From the IMG/VR virus record IMGVR_UViG_2684623126_000004: a stretch of 64,000 bases of DNA; one strand, 5' to 3'. The stretch is from a virus (Duplodnaviria > Caudoviricetes). Each line of letters begins with the position of its first letter. Within the stretch, counting starts at the first letter, position 1. Shown piece by piece: positions 1-10,500 of the stretch. The translations under genes and the position numbers were made by a program. The notes below the pieces were generated by a model. That model searched no databases. It was not told where the DNA came from and saw only the letters and a program-made list of their open reading frames with translations.

Positions 1-1512
1 CTTGATGGTGTCGCCCACGGCGGCGAACGCAGTCATGGTGGCGTCCCAGCCCTTTTGCAAGGAGCCCACCACCGAATCCCAGCCGGACTTCACCCAGTCG
101 AAGGTGCCCAGCGCCGTGACTTTGACCTCGTTCCAGGCGTTGCCGATCATGCTGGGGATGTCGGCGGCGCGCAGGTCATTGACCCAGCCGCCTACGGTGT
201 CCCCGAGAATCTTCCCGGCGTCGTCGCCCAGGAACATGCCCACGGCGCCGCCGATAGCGCCGCCAATGGCCGTGCCGATACCGGGGAAGATTAGCGTGCC
301 CAGCGCCGCGCCGCCAGCCGCACCAGCGGCCATGCCAGCCATCGAGCCGGCGAACCCGCCGACGGCAGCCCCGGTCTTCTTGTCCTTCTCGCGCCGTGAC
401 AGGGTGTCATCGGATTCCGACGAATACACGTCCGCTGCTGCGCCCGCGCCGGCCAGCAGTGCCCCCAGAATCGGGACGCGCTTCAGCAGCCCGCCCATCT
501 TGGAGAGCGCGCCGCCCTCCTTCAGCAGGCCGCCGGCCTTGCCCAGAAGACCGGCTTCTTTCGCGGCTCCACTGGCTGCGGCAGCTTCTTTGCCCCCGAA
601 GCCCAGCAGGCGGCCCGCGCCCTTGAGCAAGCCACCGCCTGCACCCAGCAGGCCACCCACAACCGGGATGCGCGTCAGCACGCGGCCAAGGCCGCCGAAC
701 AGGCCGCCCAGAAGGCCAGACCCACCCTTCGCGCCGTCGTCCGGTTTTTCCTCGATGTTCTTCAGGCTCTTGTTGGCCGCCTTGTTGAAGGTCGTCTCGT
801 CCTTGCGGAAGCCGGTCAGCGAAGTCCAGATGCGGCGCAACCAGCCTTCCTGCCGCTTCTCGCGGCTGCCGCCGGTCAGCAGTTCGTAGCCGCGCGCCAT
901 CGGGCGCGCCACCTCGTTCATGGCCTTTACGGCGGGGTCGGCTTCCTCCATGCCGCTGCCGGATTCCCTGATGGCCCCAGCGATGCGGTCGGCGACGCCG
1001 CGCAGCGCGCCGGTTTCTTCTCCGTCTCCGCCACCACCGCCGCCACCATTTCCACCCCCAGAACCGGGCGCACCAGAGCCGCTGCGCCCATCGCCACGCA
1101 CGAAGCGCCCGCGCCCGTCGCGCGATACCGGCTTGGCGATGGCGCGCTGCGTGGCCTGGCTGGCCGCGCGCACGGCGGCCACCGCCTGCCCGGCAACCTC
1201 TACGGCCTGGGCATCGCGGCGGATTGCGCTGGCGCTGGCCCCGCCGGTCTGCGGCGTGGCGGTCTTGCGCAGCAGCGCCGGGATCTGGCTGGAACTGCGG
1301 GGAGTGCTCGGGGCGGGCGCCATCGGGCGCGCCACCTCGTTGCCGGTCTTGTCGGCGCGGCCAGGCCGTGCAGGCCCGCCGGATGCGCCGCTGGTCAGCG
1401 CGCGCCGGATAGCGCGCACGTCGTCGTGGATGTCGTCCCAGACCTTGAGTGCGCGCCCGATGTCGATGGGGTCGCCGGTCAGGAAGCCTTGTGCGTCGTG
1501 CTTGAGCGCCAT
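1..1512 (-). CDS. Tape measure-like protein, N-terminal part (runs off the left edge; not in the ORF track)
   Basis: ATG at 1512, 1 nt after the upstream stop, with an open frame to position 1 (MALKHDAQGFLTGDPIDIG...). Contains Gly/Ala-rich hydrophobic repeats (GAAGGAALGTLIFPGIGTAIGGAIGG) and W-spaced amphipathic repeats (AWNEVK..FDWVKSGWDSV) typical of TMPs. Confidence 0.75.
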   Translation of the reverse strand, partial: MALKHDAQGFLTGDPIDIGRALKVWDDIHDDVRAIRRALTSGASGGPARPGRADKTGNEVARPMAPAPSTPRSSSQIPALLRKTATPQTGGASASAIRRDAQAVEVAGQAVAAVRAASQATQRAIAKPVSRDGRGRFVRGDGRSGSGAPGSGGGNGGGGGGGDGEETGALRGVADRIAGAIRESGSGMEEADPAVKAMNEVARPMARGYELLTGGSREKRQEGWLRRIWTSLTGFRKDETTFNKAANKSLKNIEEKPDDGAKGGSGLLGGLFGGLGRVLTRIPVVGGLLGAGGGLLKGAGRLLGFGGKEAAAASGAAKEAGLLGKAGGLLKEGGALSKMGGLLKRVPILGALLAGAGAAADVYSSESDDTLSRREKDKKTGAAVGGFAGSMAGMAAGAAGGAALGTLIFPGIGTAIGGAIGGAVGMFLGDDAGKILGDTVGGWVNDLRAADIPSMIGNAWNEVKVTALGTFDWVKSGWDSVVGSLQKGWDATMTAFAAVGDTIK

Positions 1513-1513
1513 G

Positions 1514-2419
1514 CTACGGTCTCATAAAGGTGTCGAGTTGGGAGAAGGACATCTGCACCTCTTCCAGCCCGTCCTCGCGGCGGGACAGGCTCAATGCCAT
1601 GTTGGCCGGACGGAACATGCCGATGTCCTCATATCCGCCCCGGTTGCTGCCACGGGTGATGAAGGCATGGACTACCTTGATGGTGATGGCGTAGCTGTCC
1701 GGCACGCCTACCGTGCCGTCGCGCGGGGCCGCCGCGCCGTGGTGCGCCGCAAACCACCGCTTGAGCGTGCCTTGCTGGTCGTCGATGGTCGTCAGGCGCA
1801 GTTCCACCGGCTCCGCGCCCTGCACGGCGTCGATGACGGCACCGCCGACGCGGCGCTTCTCGCCGGCGATGATGAAAGGCTCGTATTCGACCTCGGTTGC
1901 GAAAAGGTTGAACCGCTGCGACATATCGCCGTTGAGGCGGCTCGAAACCTCGATCAGCCAGAGGTTCTTCTTCGCCAGTTTCTGGCCGCGCATGTCGTCG
2001 TAGATGTTGCGCGCCTCGGTCGGGCTGATGCCGCCGAACAACGGCGTGGGCGAGCCCCAATACATGGTCTGCGAGGCAACGCCGCCCATACCAGGCAGTA
2101 GATCGTTCAGCAGGCCGGAATCCAGCAGGCGCATCCCGGCGTCTTCCCAGTTGCCTTGCAGGACATCGCCCAGGGCACCACCGCCCACGTTAATAATGCG
2201 CTGGGCCTGAAGTGGCACGTACTTATTGACCAGGTTCATGGCGGCATTCGACGCCATGCTCTGGCCCATGCTGGTTACGGTCTTCGCCAACTTGCCGCCG
2301 CCCAGGGCATCGGACGCCGCGCTGCCGGCGCTGCCCAGCACGGAGTTCAGGCCCGACTTGATTGAACCGAACAGGCCGTTACTGGAAAGGCTCTCCGCGA
2401 TGTTGTTGTAGAGGGACAT
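1514..2419 (-). CDS. Tail tube-fold baseplate/tube-initiator protein (P1 Tub-like, T4 gp54-like)
   Basis: C-terminal beta-rich tube-like pattern (NLWLIEV..FATEVEY..VELRLTTIDD..WF..LSRREDGLEEVQMSFSQ); lies between portal and TMP. Confidence 0.55.
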   Translation of the reverse strand: MSLYNNIAESLSSNGLFGSIKSGLNSVLGSAGSAASDALGGGKLAKTVTSMGQSMASNAAMNLVNKYVPLQAQRIINVGGGALGDVLQGNWEDAGMRLLDSGLLNDLLPGMGGVASQTMYWGSPTPLFGGISPTEARNIYDDMRGQKLAKKNLWLIEVSSRLNGDMSQRFNLFATEVEYEPFIIAGEKRRVGGAVIDAVQGAEPVELRLTTIDDQQGTLKRWFAAHHGAAAPRDGTVGVPDSYAITIKVVHAFITRGSNRGGYEDIGMFRPANMALSLSRREDGLEEVQMSFSQLDTFMRP

Positions 2420-2422
2420 GGG

Positions 2423-3997
2423 TTAGCCCCTCATGCCACCGAACCCGCCGCCCATGCCGCCATCGTCCTCGGGCGGTTTAGCATCGACGACGCTGGCGTA
2501 GAGCTTGGCCTGGTCTTCGTCAAGCATCATGGTCTTCACGAGGAATTCGGTCATCACCTCCTTGCTCGCGCCCAGCTCCTTCATCATCTGCATGGCCTGG
2601 GCCAGCAGCATCCCCGCGTTCATCGAATCAGAGCGCGTGCGCTGCTTCTCGGCTTCCAGGGCCGAAATAGACCCGAAGAAGTTGATCGTCCAGGGGCGCT
2701 CCTTGGGGTCGAACACCACGCCGTAGCGGCGCATGGTGTGGATGTCGATGACGTGGTTGAAGAAGTCGGACAGCGCCACGCGGATGATGCGCGCGCGCTC
2801 GGCGGCCTGCGCGGACACGCGGAAGAAGCCGCCCTCGCCAAGCCCGCCGGAAAGCTGATCAGCGAAACCCAGCATGGACAAATCGACGCCCAGCGCGCCG
2901 GCCAGCATCCGGGCGTGCAGCATCACGTCCTCGATGCTGATGGTCGCAGCGCGGCCAGGTGCGCCGCCGTTCGCCGGCCCCACTGTGGAAAGCTGCTTTT
3001 CGTTGAAAACCGGGATGATGTGGCGGATCCGCTCCATGACCGGGCGGCCAGTTTTCACGGCCTGCTCGGCGTAGGCTTTCGACGCCATGAGCATAGCCTT
3101 GACCGATTCGACGAACCGCTGTTGCTGATCGAGGTTCATGGATTCCAGATTGACCGCCACCATCTGCTCGTCAATCGAATCCATCCACCTCTGCCCGACC
3201 AAGCCCAGCAGGGATGCCGTGAGATTGTCGTAAGGCCCTTCGGCGCTGTAGAGCAGAGAGCCGCCGACCATGCTTGGCATGATGGGCAGGCTGTCGATGT
3301 CGTCCTCGGAGATTGCCAGGCGCACCGCCTTTTCGACGACACCGTACTGCGGCACCCACTGGACGCGCGGCATCTTCAAGCGGGCCATCTGCGAAACGTC
3401 AAGCCGCTCGAAGCCTCGCTCGCCGGTATAGACGGCGAAACCCACCGTGCGGCTGCCGCGCTCGAATGGCTGCACCATCGGTGGGCGGATGGTTTCGTCC
3501 ATGTGGATGTCCACCACGCCGCGCGAGTTCGTGTAGAGGCGCGCGTAGGAATCCCCGAATGCGCCGCCGATGTAAGCCGCCTGAAAGGCCGTCTTGTTGA
3601 AGAGCGGCGCCAGCTCGGCGGCGATGTCATCGACGATGGCGGAAAGACGCTTGTCCTTCTTCGTCTCGGACTTCTTTTCGACGAAAACGAGGTCGCCATT
3701 GGTTTCGTGCCCACCAAGGGCCGAAGTGACCAGCAGCATGAGAGCCGTCGAAATGATGGGGTCGCCCTCCATCATCGACCACTTTTCGTAGATGATTTGC
3801 CGCGCCCGCGCCCCCTTGCTGCCGGAACCCAGAAGCGATGCAATGGTGGTCGTTCCGGCCCCGTACATGAAGGCATCGGAAGCCGTGATTTGCTGCGCCG
3901 GCGCGATGTGCGACGATGCCCACCGCTTGCGGGACAGGCCAAGCCGGGCCAGGAAGCCGGGCTTGGGCGGAACGGGGGTGTTGGAAATATCGGCCAT
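2423..3997 (-). CDS. prt: Portal protein (P1 Prt-like)
   Basis: 524 aa with the T4/P1-type portal N-terminal motif (YEKWSMMEGDPIISTAL); adjacent to darB/ulx as in P1. Confidence 0.8.
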   Translation of the reverse strand: MADISNTPVPPKPGFLARLGLSRKRWASSHIAPAQQITASDAFMYGAGTTTIASLLGSGSKGARARQIIYEKWSMMEGDPIISTALMLLVTSALGGHETNGDLVFVEKKSETKKDKRLSAIVDDIAAELAPLFNKTAFQAAYIGGAFGDSYARLYTNSRGVVDIHMDETIRPPMVQPFERGSRTVGFAVYTGERGFERLDVSQMARLKMPRVQWVPQYGVVEKAVRLAISEDDIDSLPIMPSMVGGSLLYSAEGPYDNLTASLLGLVGQRWMDSIDEQMVAVNLESMNLDQQQRFVESVKAMLMASKAYAEQAVKTGRPVMERIRHIIPVFNEKQLSTVGPANGGAPGRAATISIEDVMLHARMLAGALGVDLSMLGFADQLSGGLGEGGFFRVSAQAAERARIIRVALSDFFNHVIDIHTMRRYGVVFDPKERPWTINFFGSISALEAEKQRTRSDSMNAGMLLAQAMQMMKELGASKEVMTEFLVKTMMLDEDQAKLYASVVDAKPPEDDGGMGGGFGGMRG

Positions 3998-4003
3998 ACG
4001 GCA

Positions 4004-4048
4004 AGGGTAGGATGCCCCGCCGTGCCACTATCGGCCCGTTTTCCGCCT
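4004..4048 (-). promoter_or_regulatory. Putative late promoter (site A) upstream of portal
   Basis: AGGCGGAAAAC-N28-TACCCT, then 6 nt to the portal ATG. Confidence 0.7.
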
Positions 4049-4097
4049 CACGATAAAGGACGCGCAATGGCGGGCAACCGCCGCGCCATGAGAAGGG

Positions 4098-4511
4098 TTA
4101 CTGCGTCGGAAACTCCATGTCCTTGTCGAACAGGGTGTAGAAGTCCGGGCTGTTGGCGTCGAGCAGGAATTGGTTGCTGTAGATGATGTTCGACGCCAGG
4201 TAGGCCGTGCGGAACTCGTCGGCCATGATGAGGGTTTCCTCGCCGCTTTCGCCCTGGTAGGCCCGCTTGATGAGCGGGTCGCTCTGGTCGCCCAGCTCGA
4301 ACCCGCCCGCCTTCAGCTCGTCCTTCAGCGCCCACCAGTACGGGCCATAGTCACGGTAGCGGCGCGGGTCTTTCTGCAACCGCTCCGCCACCACGCTCAG
4401 CCCGAAGCCCAGAAGGTTCGAGAAACCCCGGTTCGCGCGCAGTCCAGCCGCGCGCTCCGTCACCAGAGCCTTGATGGTGTCCTTGTCGAACTTGTATTCG
4501 GTGTAGGCCAT
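4098..4511 (-). CDS. ulx: Ulx-like antirestriction accessory protein
   Basis: Motif RLQKDPRRYRDYGPYWWALK matches the recalled P1 Ulx motif RLLKNPRLYRSYGPYW; similar size; directly downstream of darB. Confidence 0.7.
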   Translation of the reverse strand: MAYTEYKFDKDTIKALVTERAAGLRANRGFSNLLGFGLSVVAERLQKDPRRYRDYGPYWWALKDELKAGGFELGDQSDPLIKRAYQGESGEETLIMADEFRTAYLASNIIYSNQFLLDANSPDFYTLFDKDMEFPTQ

Positions 4512-4522
4512 GATGTTTCCCT

Positions 4523-7500
4523 TCAGATTTCACGGGTGGCGGGGGCGAGCTCCAATTGCTCCTGCGCCTTCGGGTAGGTCTTGATGAGGTATTCCCACGT
4601 CGAACGATACACGTTCCACGTCAGGGCGTCTCCATCCCACTTGAATTTGCCGCTCCCGGCCACGCCGGCGCACTGCTTGATGGTTTCCTTCCAGGCGCGG
4701 GTGTTGCCCTTGATGCCCACCACGTCGTTCGGCAGGTCGCCCTTGGGCTGGCCGCCCGTCACCACCTTGCGCACGGCTTCCTCGATGGCGCGCTTGAACT
4801 GGTACGGCAGATAGTCGCTGGCCGGATCCTTCGCCTGCCAGTCGAACCACGGCGCCGCCGCGCGCATGAAGGCGGAAGCCTGCTCGATGATTTCCGGCTC
4901 GCTCTCACCGGTCAGCGCGGCCTTCAGGGCATCCAGCGAGACATTGCTCTCGATCTCGTTCTGCACCCACATATCGAAGTTGTCGAAGTCCGCGATGGTC
5001 ATCTTCAACCCGTAGGCCGTGGCGAACTCGCGCATCGCGGCGCGGTGCTTGTCGGCGCTGTTGCCATAGGCTCCACCGCCGATGCGCTCCACTGCCGCAT
5101 CGCTGGGCACCACGAAATTTCCAGCCTCGTCGAACGATCTGATGATGGCCTTCTGGCTGTCGAAGATGCGCTGCATGACCGTGGTCTTGCTGGCATCGCG
5201 CGGGGGAATGACGTAGGGGAAGAATGGCTGCGGCAGCATGTACGAATGCGTGGCATACGCTACCAGTGCCTCGGTCTTGCGGCGCTGCGCCACCTCGGGC
5301 ACGACCTCGTTGAAGCCGTTCTCGATGGTGCCGCCGCTATTCACCTTGTCCTCGATTTTGGCGGCGTCGGTGATGCAGGCATCGTAGTCGGCGGTGCCGC
5401 GATAGACCCACTCGCCGGCGAGAACGTCCTGGGTATTGGCCGCCAGCGGCTGGCCGTTGAGCGTCCGCCCGAAGGCGCGCGGGACGCCCTTGACCAGGGA
5501 CAGCACGGCCAGCCCGCCCTTCACGCGGACGAAGGTGCCGTCCAGCAGCGGCTTCCCGTTGTAGATGATGCCGTTGCCGGCGGCGATGTCCTCGGCTACG
5601 CTCGCCGGGTAGCCGCCGGATTCCTCGGCCTGGCGTGCGAAGTTGGCCTTGGATTCCGCGATCATGGACTGGGCCATATCCACTTCGGCCTGCCATTCGT
5701 TGGTGATGGGGCCGCCCTCGGTCGCCTCGATGGCGAACGCCGGGTAGGTGCGGCCCAGCAGCATGGATTCGATGTCGTCGTCCTTCTGCTTCCTCGGGTT
5801 GCTGCGCAACGCGGAGAAGAAGGCGTCCAGCGTGGCCGCTTCCCTCACCTGGCCGCCGGCGCGCCACTCGGTACGGAACAGGGTCGCCGATTCCTCGATC
5901 TGCCGGCGCAGGCCGCCCATGCTGGCGGTCAGCTCGGCCAACAGGCTTTCGTTCTTGGCGACGGCGGTAGCCGTAGCCTTCGGGTTGCTGATGCGGTCGC
6001 GCAGGGTCGCGGCCTGCCGTTCCAGCTTCCAGAGGCCGATGACCTTGCGGATGATGAAGCTGTCCGCGCTCTTGTTGTCGTTCAGGAAGGCGTTTTGCTT
6101 GCGGATGGTGTCCAGGTTAATCATCTGGCGGTCGCGGTTATTGGCCGCGCGCGCCTGGGCTTCCTTGACCGCGATGGTTTCCTGCATCCGGCGCATAGCA
6201 TCGGCGTCGCCCACCACGTCGATCAGGGCTTCCATCTGCTCCTTCGACAGGCCGCCGGTGACAGCCACGCTGCCGGAGCCATTCACGTCCATGACCTGGC
6301 CGATCCAGTCCGCCTTCTTGTTCACCATCGAACGCTTGCTGGTGTCGAAGGTGCCGTCGGCGTCGTAGTAGTAGAGGCTCACGCGCTGGGTCTTGTTGCC
6401 CTGGCGCACACCGCGCCCGTTGCGCTGTTCCAGGCTATCCGGCGTCCAGCCGATGGTCAGGTGGTGGATTGCCTGCGTGCCCTTCTGAAGGTTGATACCC
6501 ACCTCGGCCTTCTCGTTGGCGATGACGGTCTGGTACTTGTTGTCATCGCCGCCGGCGTTGAAGCCGTCCTGCACCGCAAGAATCTCGTCGGGCGAGTTGT
6601 TCGTGCGGCCCGTGATGACGGCGATGGCAGCGGAGGGGATACCGGCGCGACGGGTCAGCAGGCGCTTGATCTTGTTGTGCAGCGGGAGAATGTCGCAGAA
6701 CACGATTTGCTTGACGATGGACGCCGTAGCACCGCTTTCGTCGATGCCGCGCGGGCTGGCCTGCTCGTGCTGGAAGTTTTCGAGCATGGCGGCCAGCTTC
6801 GGCGGCACGGAAACGTCGAGGTCGAGGCCCAGCTTTTCGGCGATGGCCTCGAAGGCGCTCTGCGTGTCGGGGTCGATGGTGTCGATCACCACGCGGTTTC
6901 CGTCGATGACCTTGGCCTGCACTTGAATCTTCAGCAGTTCGGTTTCCTGGCCGGCGGTGTCCTTGATGGTGCGGTGCCCGACGATGGCCTTCTCGTCGGT
7001 CATGGGGCCGGGCCGGGGGCGTTCCTCGATGAACTTCTTGCCGTTGAACTGGGTGATGGCGTCCTTGGCCTTGGCGGCCTGGGTCTGGATGAAGCTGTAG
7101 AAGGTGGCGCGCTGGTCGAGCTCGGGATCCGCAATCAGCAGCGTCATCTTGTTGATGAGGTTGAATGGGTGCCCGATGAGGTTCAATTCCTCGCCGAAGT
7201 GCTCCGCCACCTGGTCGTAGGCGGCTTGATCGCCACGGTTCGGCGACTTCTCGGAAATGAGGTCGATGGCCCAGCGGAACGCGCCCTTGTAGAGCTTCAG
7301 GCGATCCACGATGTCCGGCGGCAGCGTTACCGGCGTGGCCTTCTCTTCGCGGTCAGGAACCACGATTTGCTCACCCACGTCCTCGGCGCTCTTGATGGTG
7401 GCCACCTCGCCGATGGCCTTGCGCAGCACGCCCACGTTGTTCAGGCCCACGAACACGTCGGTGGTGCGCGCCACGCCGTCCATCGTCACGTCGTCCTGGT

Positions 7501-10500
7501 TCTCCTTGGCGCACATCATTTCCATGAAGTTGTCGGCGCCCCGGATGCCCAGGCACATATCATTGACGCGCTCGTGGCCGGCGGCCAGAGACAGCATCGC
7601 GTACATTTCCAGCGGGCTATTGGTGATCGGCGTGGCCGTCAGCATGAGCACGCCATCCTTGCGCTCGGACTTACCACGGATGAACCAGGCTTTGGCCTGC
7701 GCGTCGATACCGCGCCGGGACGCCGGCGACAGGGACAGGAACTTGGCGCTCTTGAAGTCCACCGTCTGGGCGGAGTTCTTGAAGACGTGCGCCTCGTCGA
7801 ATACCACGCTGTCGATGCCCATGTCTTCGAGGTACGGCGCGCCGCCGCGCTTGTCCGACAGGACGGCCAGTAGGCCCGCCTGCTTGCCCTTGGCGCGCTC
7901 GTCCTCCTTCTTGTCCATGCTCTCGGCGAAGCTGGCGTCAGCCTGGCGCATGAACGCCTCGTAAGCGCTGATGGTGTCGTCGCGCAGCCGGATCCGCTCG
8001 AACGCTTCGAGGGTCATAAAAATCTTGCTGTGGCGGTTCTCCATCACCGCCGTCAGGTCGGTGTCGAAGTTGGACGAACTGACGGTCGCCTTGCCGTCCT
8101 TGCCCACACGCAGACCGATGAACAGGCAATCGTCGGTGCTGGCATAGGCGCGCGAGGCTTCCTTGCGCCAGTTCGACAGCACGGAGTTGGGCACGACGAA
8201 GGCCGTCTTGGCCTTGACGCCGATGCTCTGGGCGTACTGGGTCGCTGCCAGCGCCGTGAAGGTCTTGCCCAGGCCCACGCCGAAGCCGTTGATGCCGCCG
8301 AATTCACGGCTGGTTTTGCGCACGTAGGAATTCTGGTAGCCGTGCAAGGTGAGGTTGGGATTCATGCCGGGAATCGGCATCGGGGCCTCGTCCTCCACCT
8401 GGCGGAAACGCAGCTTCGCGGGGTCGGATGCGATGGCTTCCAGGCGGGCCACGATGGCGCGGTTGCCGCGCACCCAGCCGTTGAACTGCTCGTTGGCGGT
8501 ATTCACCATGCGGCGCAGCTCTTGCAGGGCCTTGGCGTCCTCCATGCCCAGCTTGACGCCGCCCAGGGTGATCGTGCCGTTCTTCAGGTAGTCGCCGATG
8601 CGGTTCAGCAGCTTTTCGCGGTCGGTGAGATTGCTCCCCGGCACGTCGATGTCCACGCGCTTCTCGCCCGTGCGCTCGTCGTAGATGACGGCGGCGGACG
8701 GATGCACGAAGCGGCGCAGGAAGTCGGCCTTCTCTTCCAGGGAGACGTGCGGGCTGAACAGGTTGAAGGTCAGCTTCGACACATCCACCTTGTCGATGCG
8801 GGCGGCGGCGTCCATCTTCTGGCGCAGCAGCTTGGCCCGCACTTCCTCGGTGGCCGCGCTGGCGATGTCGGCATCCACGCGCGTCAGGAAGTCGGCGTAG
8901 TTGCCCACGTAGTAATCGTCCGCGCGCGTGACGCTCTTGCCGTCCGGCGACAGGCACCAGGCCGGGTCGGCGTGCGGGTCGAAGCTCTCGCCGTAGATGG
9001 CCTTGGCGTCGTCCAGTCCGGCCCAGATGGATTTCGTCTTGTAGCGCAAGCCCTCGAAGGTGGAATCCGCCGTGGTTTCGACGCTCGGGGCTGCCTGCTG
9101 CACGTCGCCGCGCCAGACTGCCGAAAATCCGGTCTTCTTCTGGTAGTGGTTGCCGATGGTCAGCAGGCCGTCGCGCAACTTCCCGCCCAGCGCCGACGGG
9201 CGCTTCTTGGCGACGCCGGCGACGCGCTGCATGGCGTCGGACAGGGCCGGATACTCGGCCAAGAAATTGACGCCGGTTTCCTCGCCCAGGCGCTCTTGAA
9301 GCACCTGGGCGGCGGCCATGCCGACGATGCCGGCGTTCCAGAACTGGGCGCGGTCAGCATCGGTCTTCAGGCGGCGAATCTCGGCCATCGCGCCGCGCAG
9401 CCAGTCGGGAATGTCCAGCGACTGCGAGGTTTCCACCATGTAATTGACGCACTTCTCGGCGTCCGGCCAGGTGATAGCGGCCTCGAAGGCATCGTAGGGG
9501 CTCTTCAGCTTGCCCACCATGTCAGCCATGCTGGCGCTGTCCTCGCTGCGCGCCATTGGAACCCAGCGGCCATCCTGCATTTGCAGGGTCTGCCCAGCCT
9601 GGGTGATGGTGTCGCCGTCGCGGTAGATGATGGGCGTGGTTTCAGCCTCGCCCAGCACGTCCCAATTCACGCGCGAATCAGGGAAGCGTTTGAGCATCCG
9701 CGCGATTTCGCTGATGGGGGCCTTGGTGATGACGCGATCCACATCGCGGAACTTGGCCGGGTCTTTGGGCACGAACTCGCCCAATACGAACCGCTTGCCC
9801 TCGCCGTCGAAGTAGCGGCCCTCGATGAAGGGCTGCCACTGCACGTTCGTCTCGATCAGCACCTTGGGGGACTGCTCGCGCAGCTCGGCGATCTTGTCCA
9901 GGGTGTCGCGGCTGTATTTTCGGAACGCGATCACGTCCGTCATGGTGTCCGCGCTGGCCGTGCCGAACACGGCATTGGGGAGCCGGTAGGCCCCCAGGAA
10001 CTCCGCGACGTAGCTGGCCTTGACGCGCAGTTCTTCTTCCTTGCCGCCCTTGCCGGAGACGCAGCGCGGCGGCGTGATGAACACGGCCAGGCCGCCCGGC
10101 TTCAGCTTTTCCAGCGAGCGCAGGATGAAGTAGTTTTGCAGCGGTTCCTTCTGGTAGCGGCTGTCCAGCAATTGGTTCCCGCCACGGTCAGCGACGCCGC
10201 CAAAGGGGACATTCGTCACCACCGCGTCGTACTGCTCGTCCGGCGTGGCTGCGGCCACCTTCTCGAACGGGGAAACCGTCGCGGTGTAGCCAGGGCCATC
10301 ATTCACCAGGCCGTTGATGCGGCCCGACGTTTCATTCAGCTCCACCGCGTCGATAGCGGCGGACAGGGGCGCAGTCGCGCCGAAGACGCCCACGCCAGCG
10401 CACGGGTCGAGCACCTTGCCGCCGGAGAAGCCCAGCTCTCCCATGAGCTCCCAGACGCCTTCGGCGATGGGCTTGGGGGTGTAATACTCGTAGGCGCTGC

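Noticed and set aside
2-889. Pro/Ala/Ser-rich plus-strand ORF
   Set aside because: Shadow of the minus-strand tape-measure gene, which the ORF track missed because it leaves the window.
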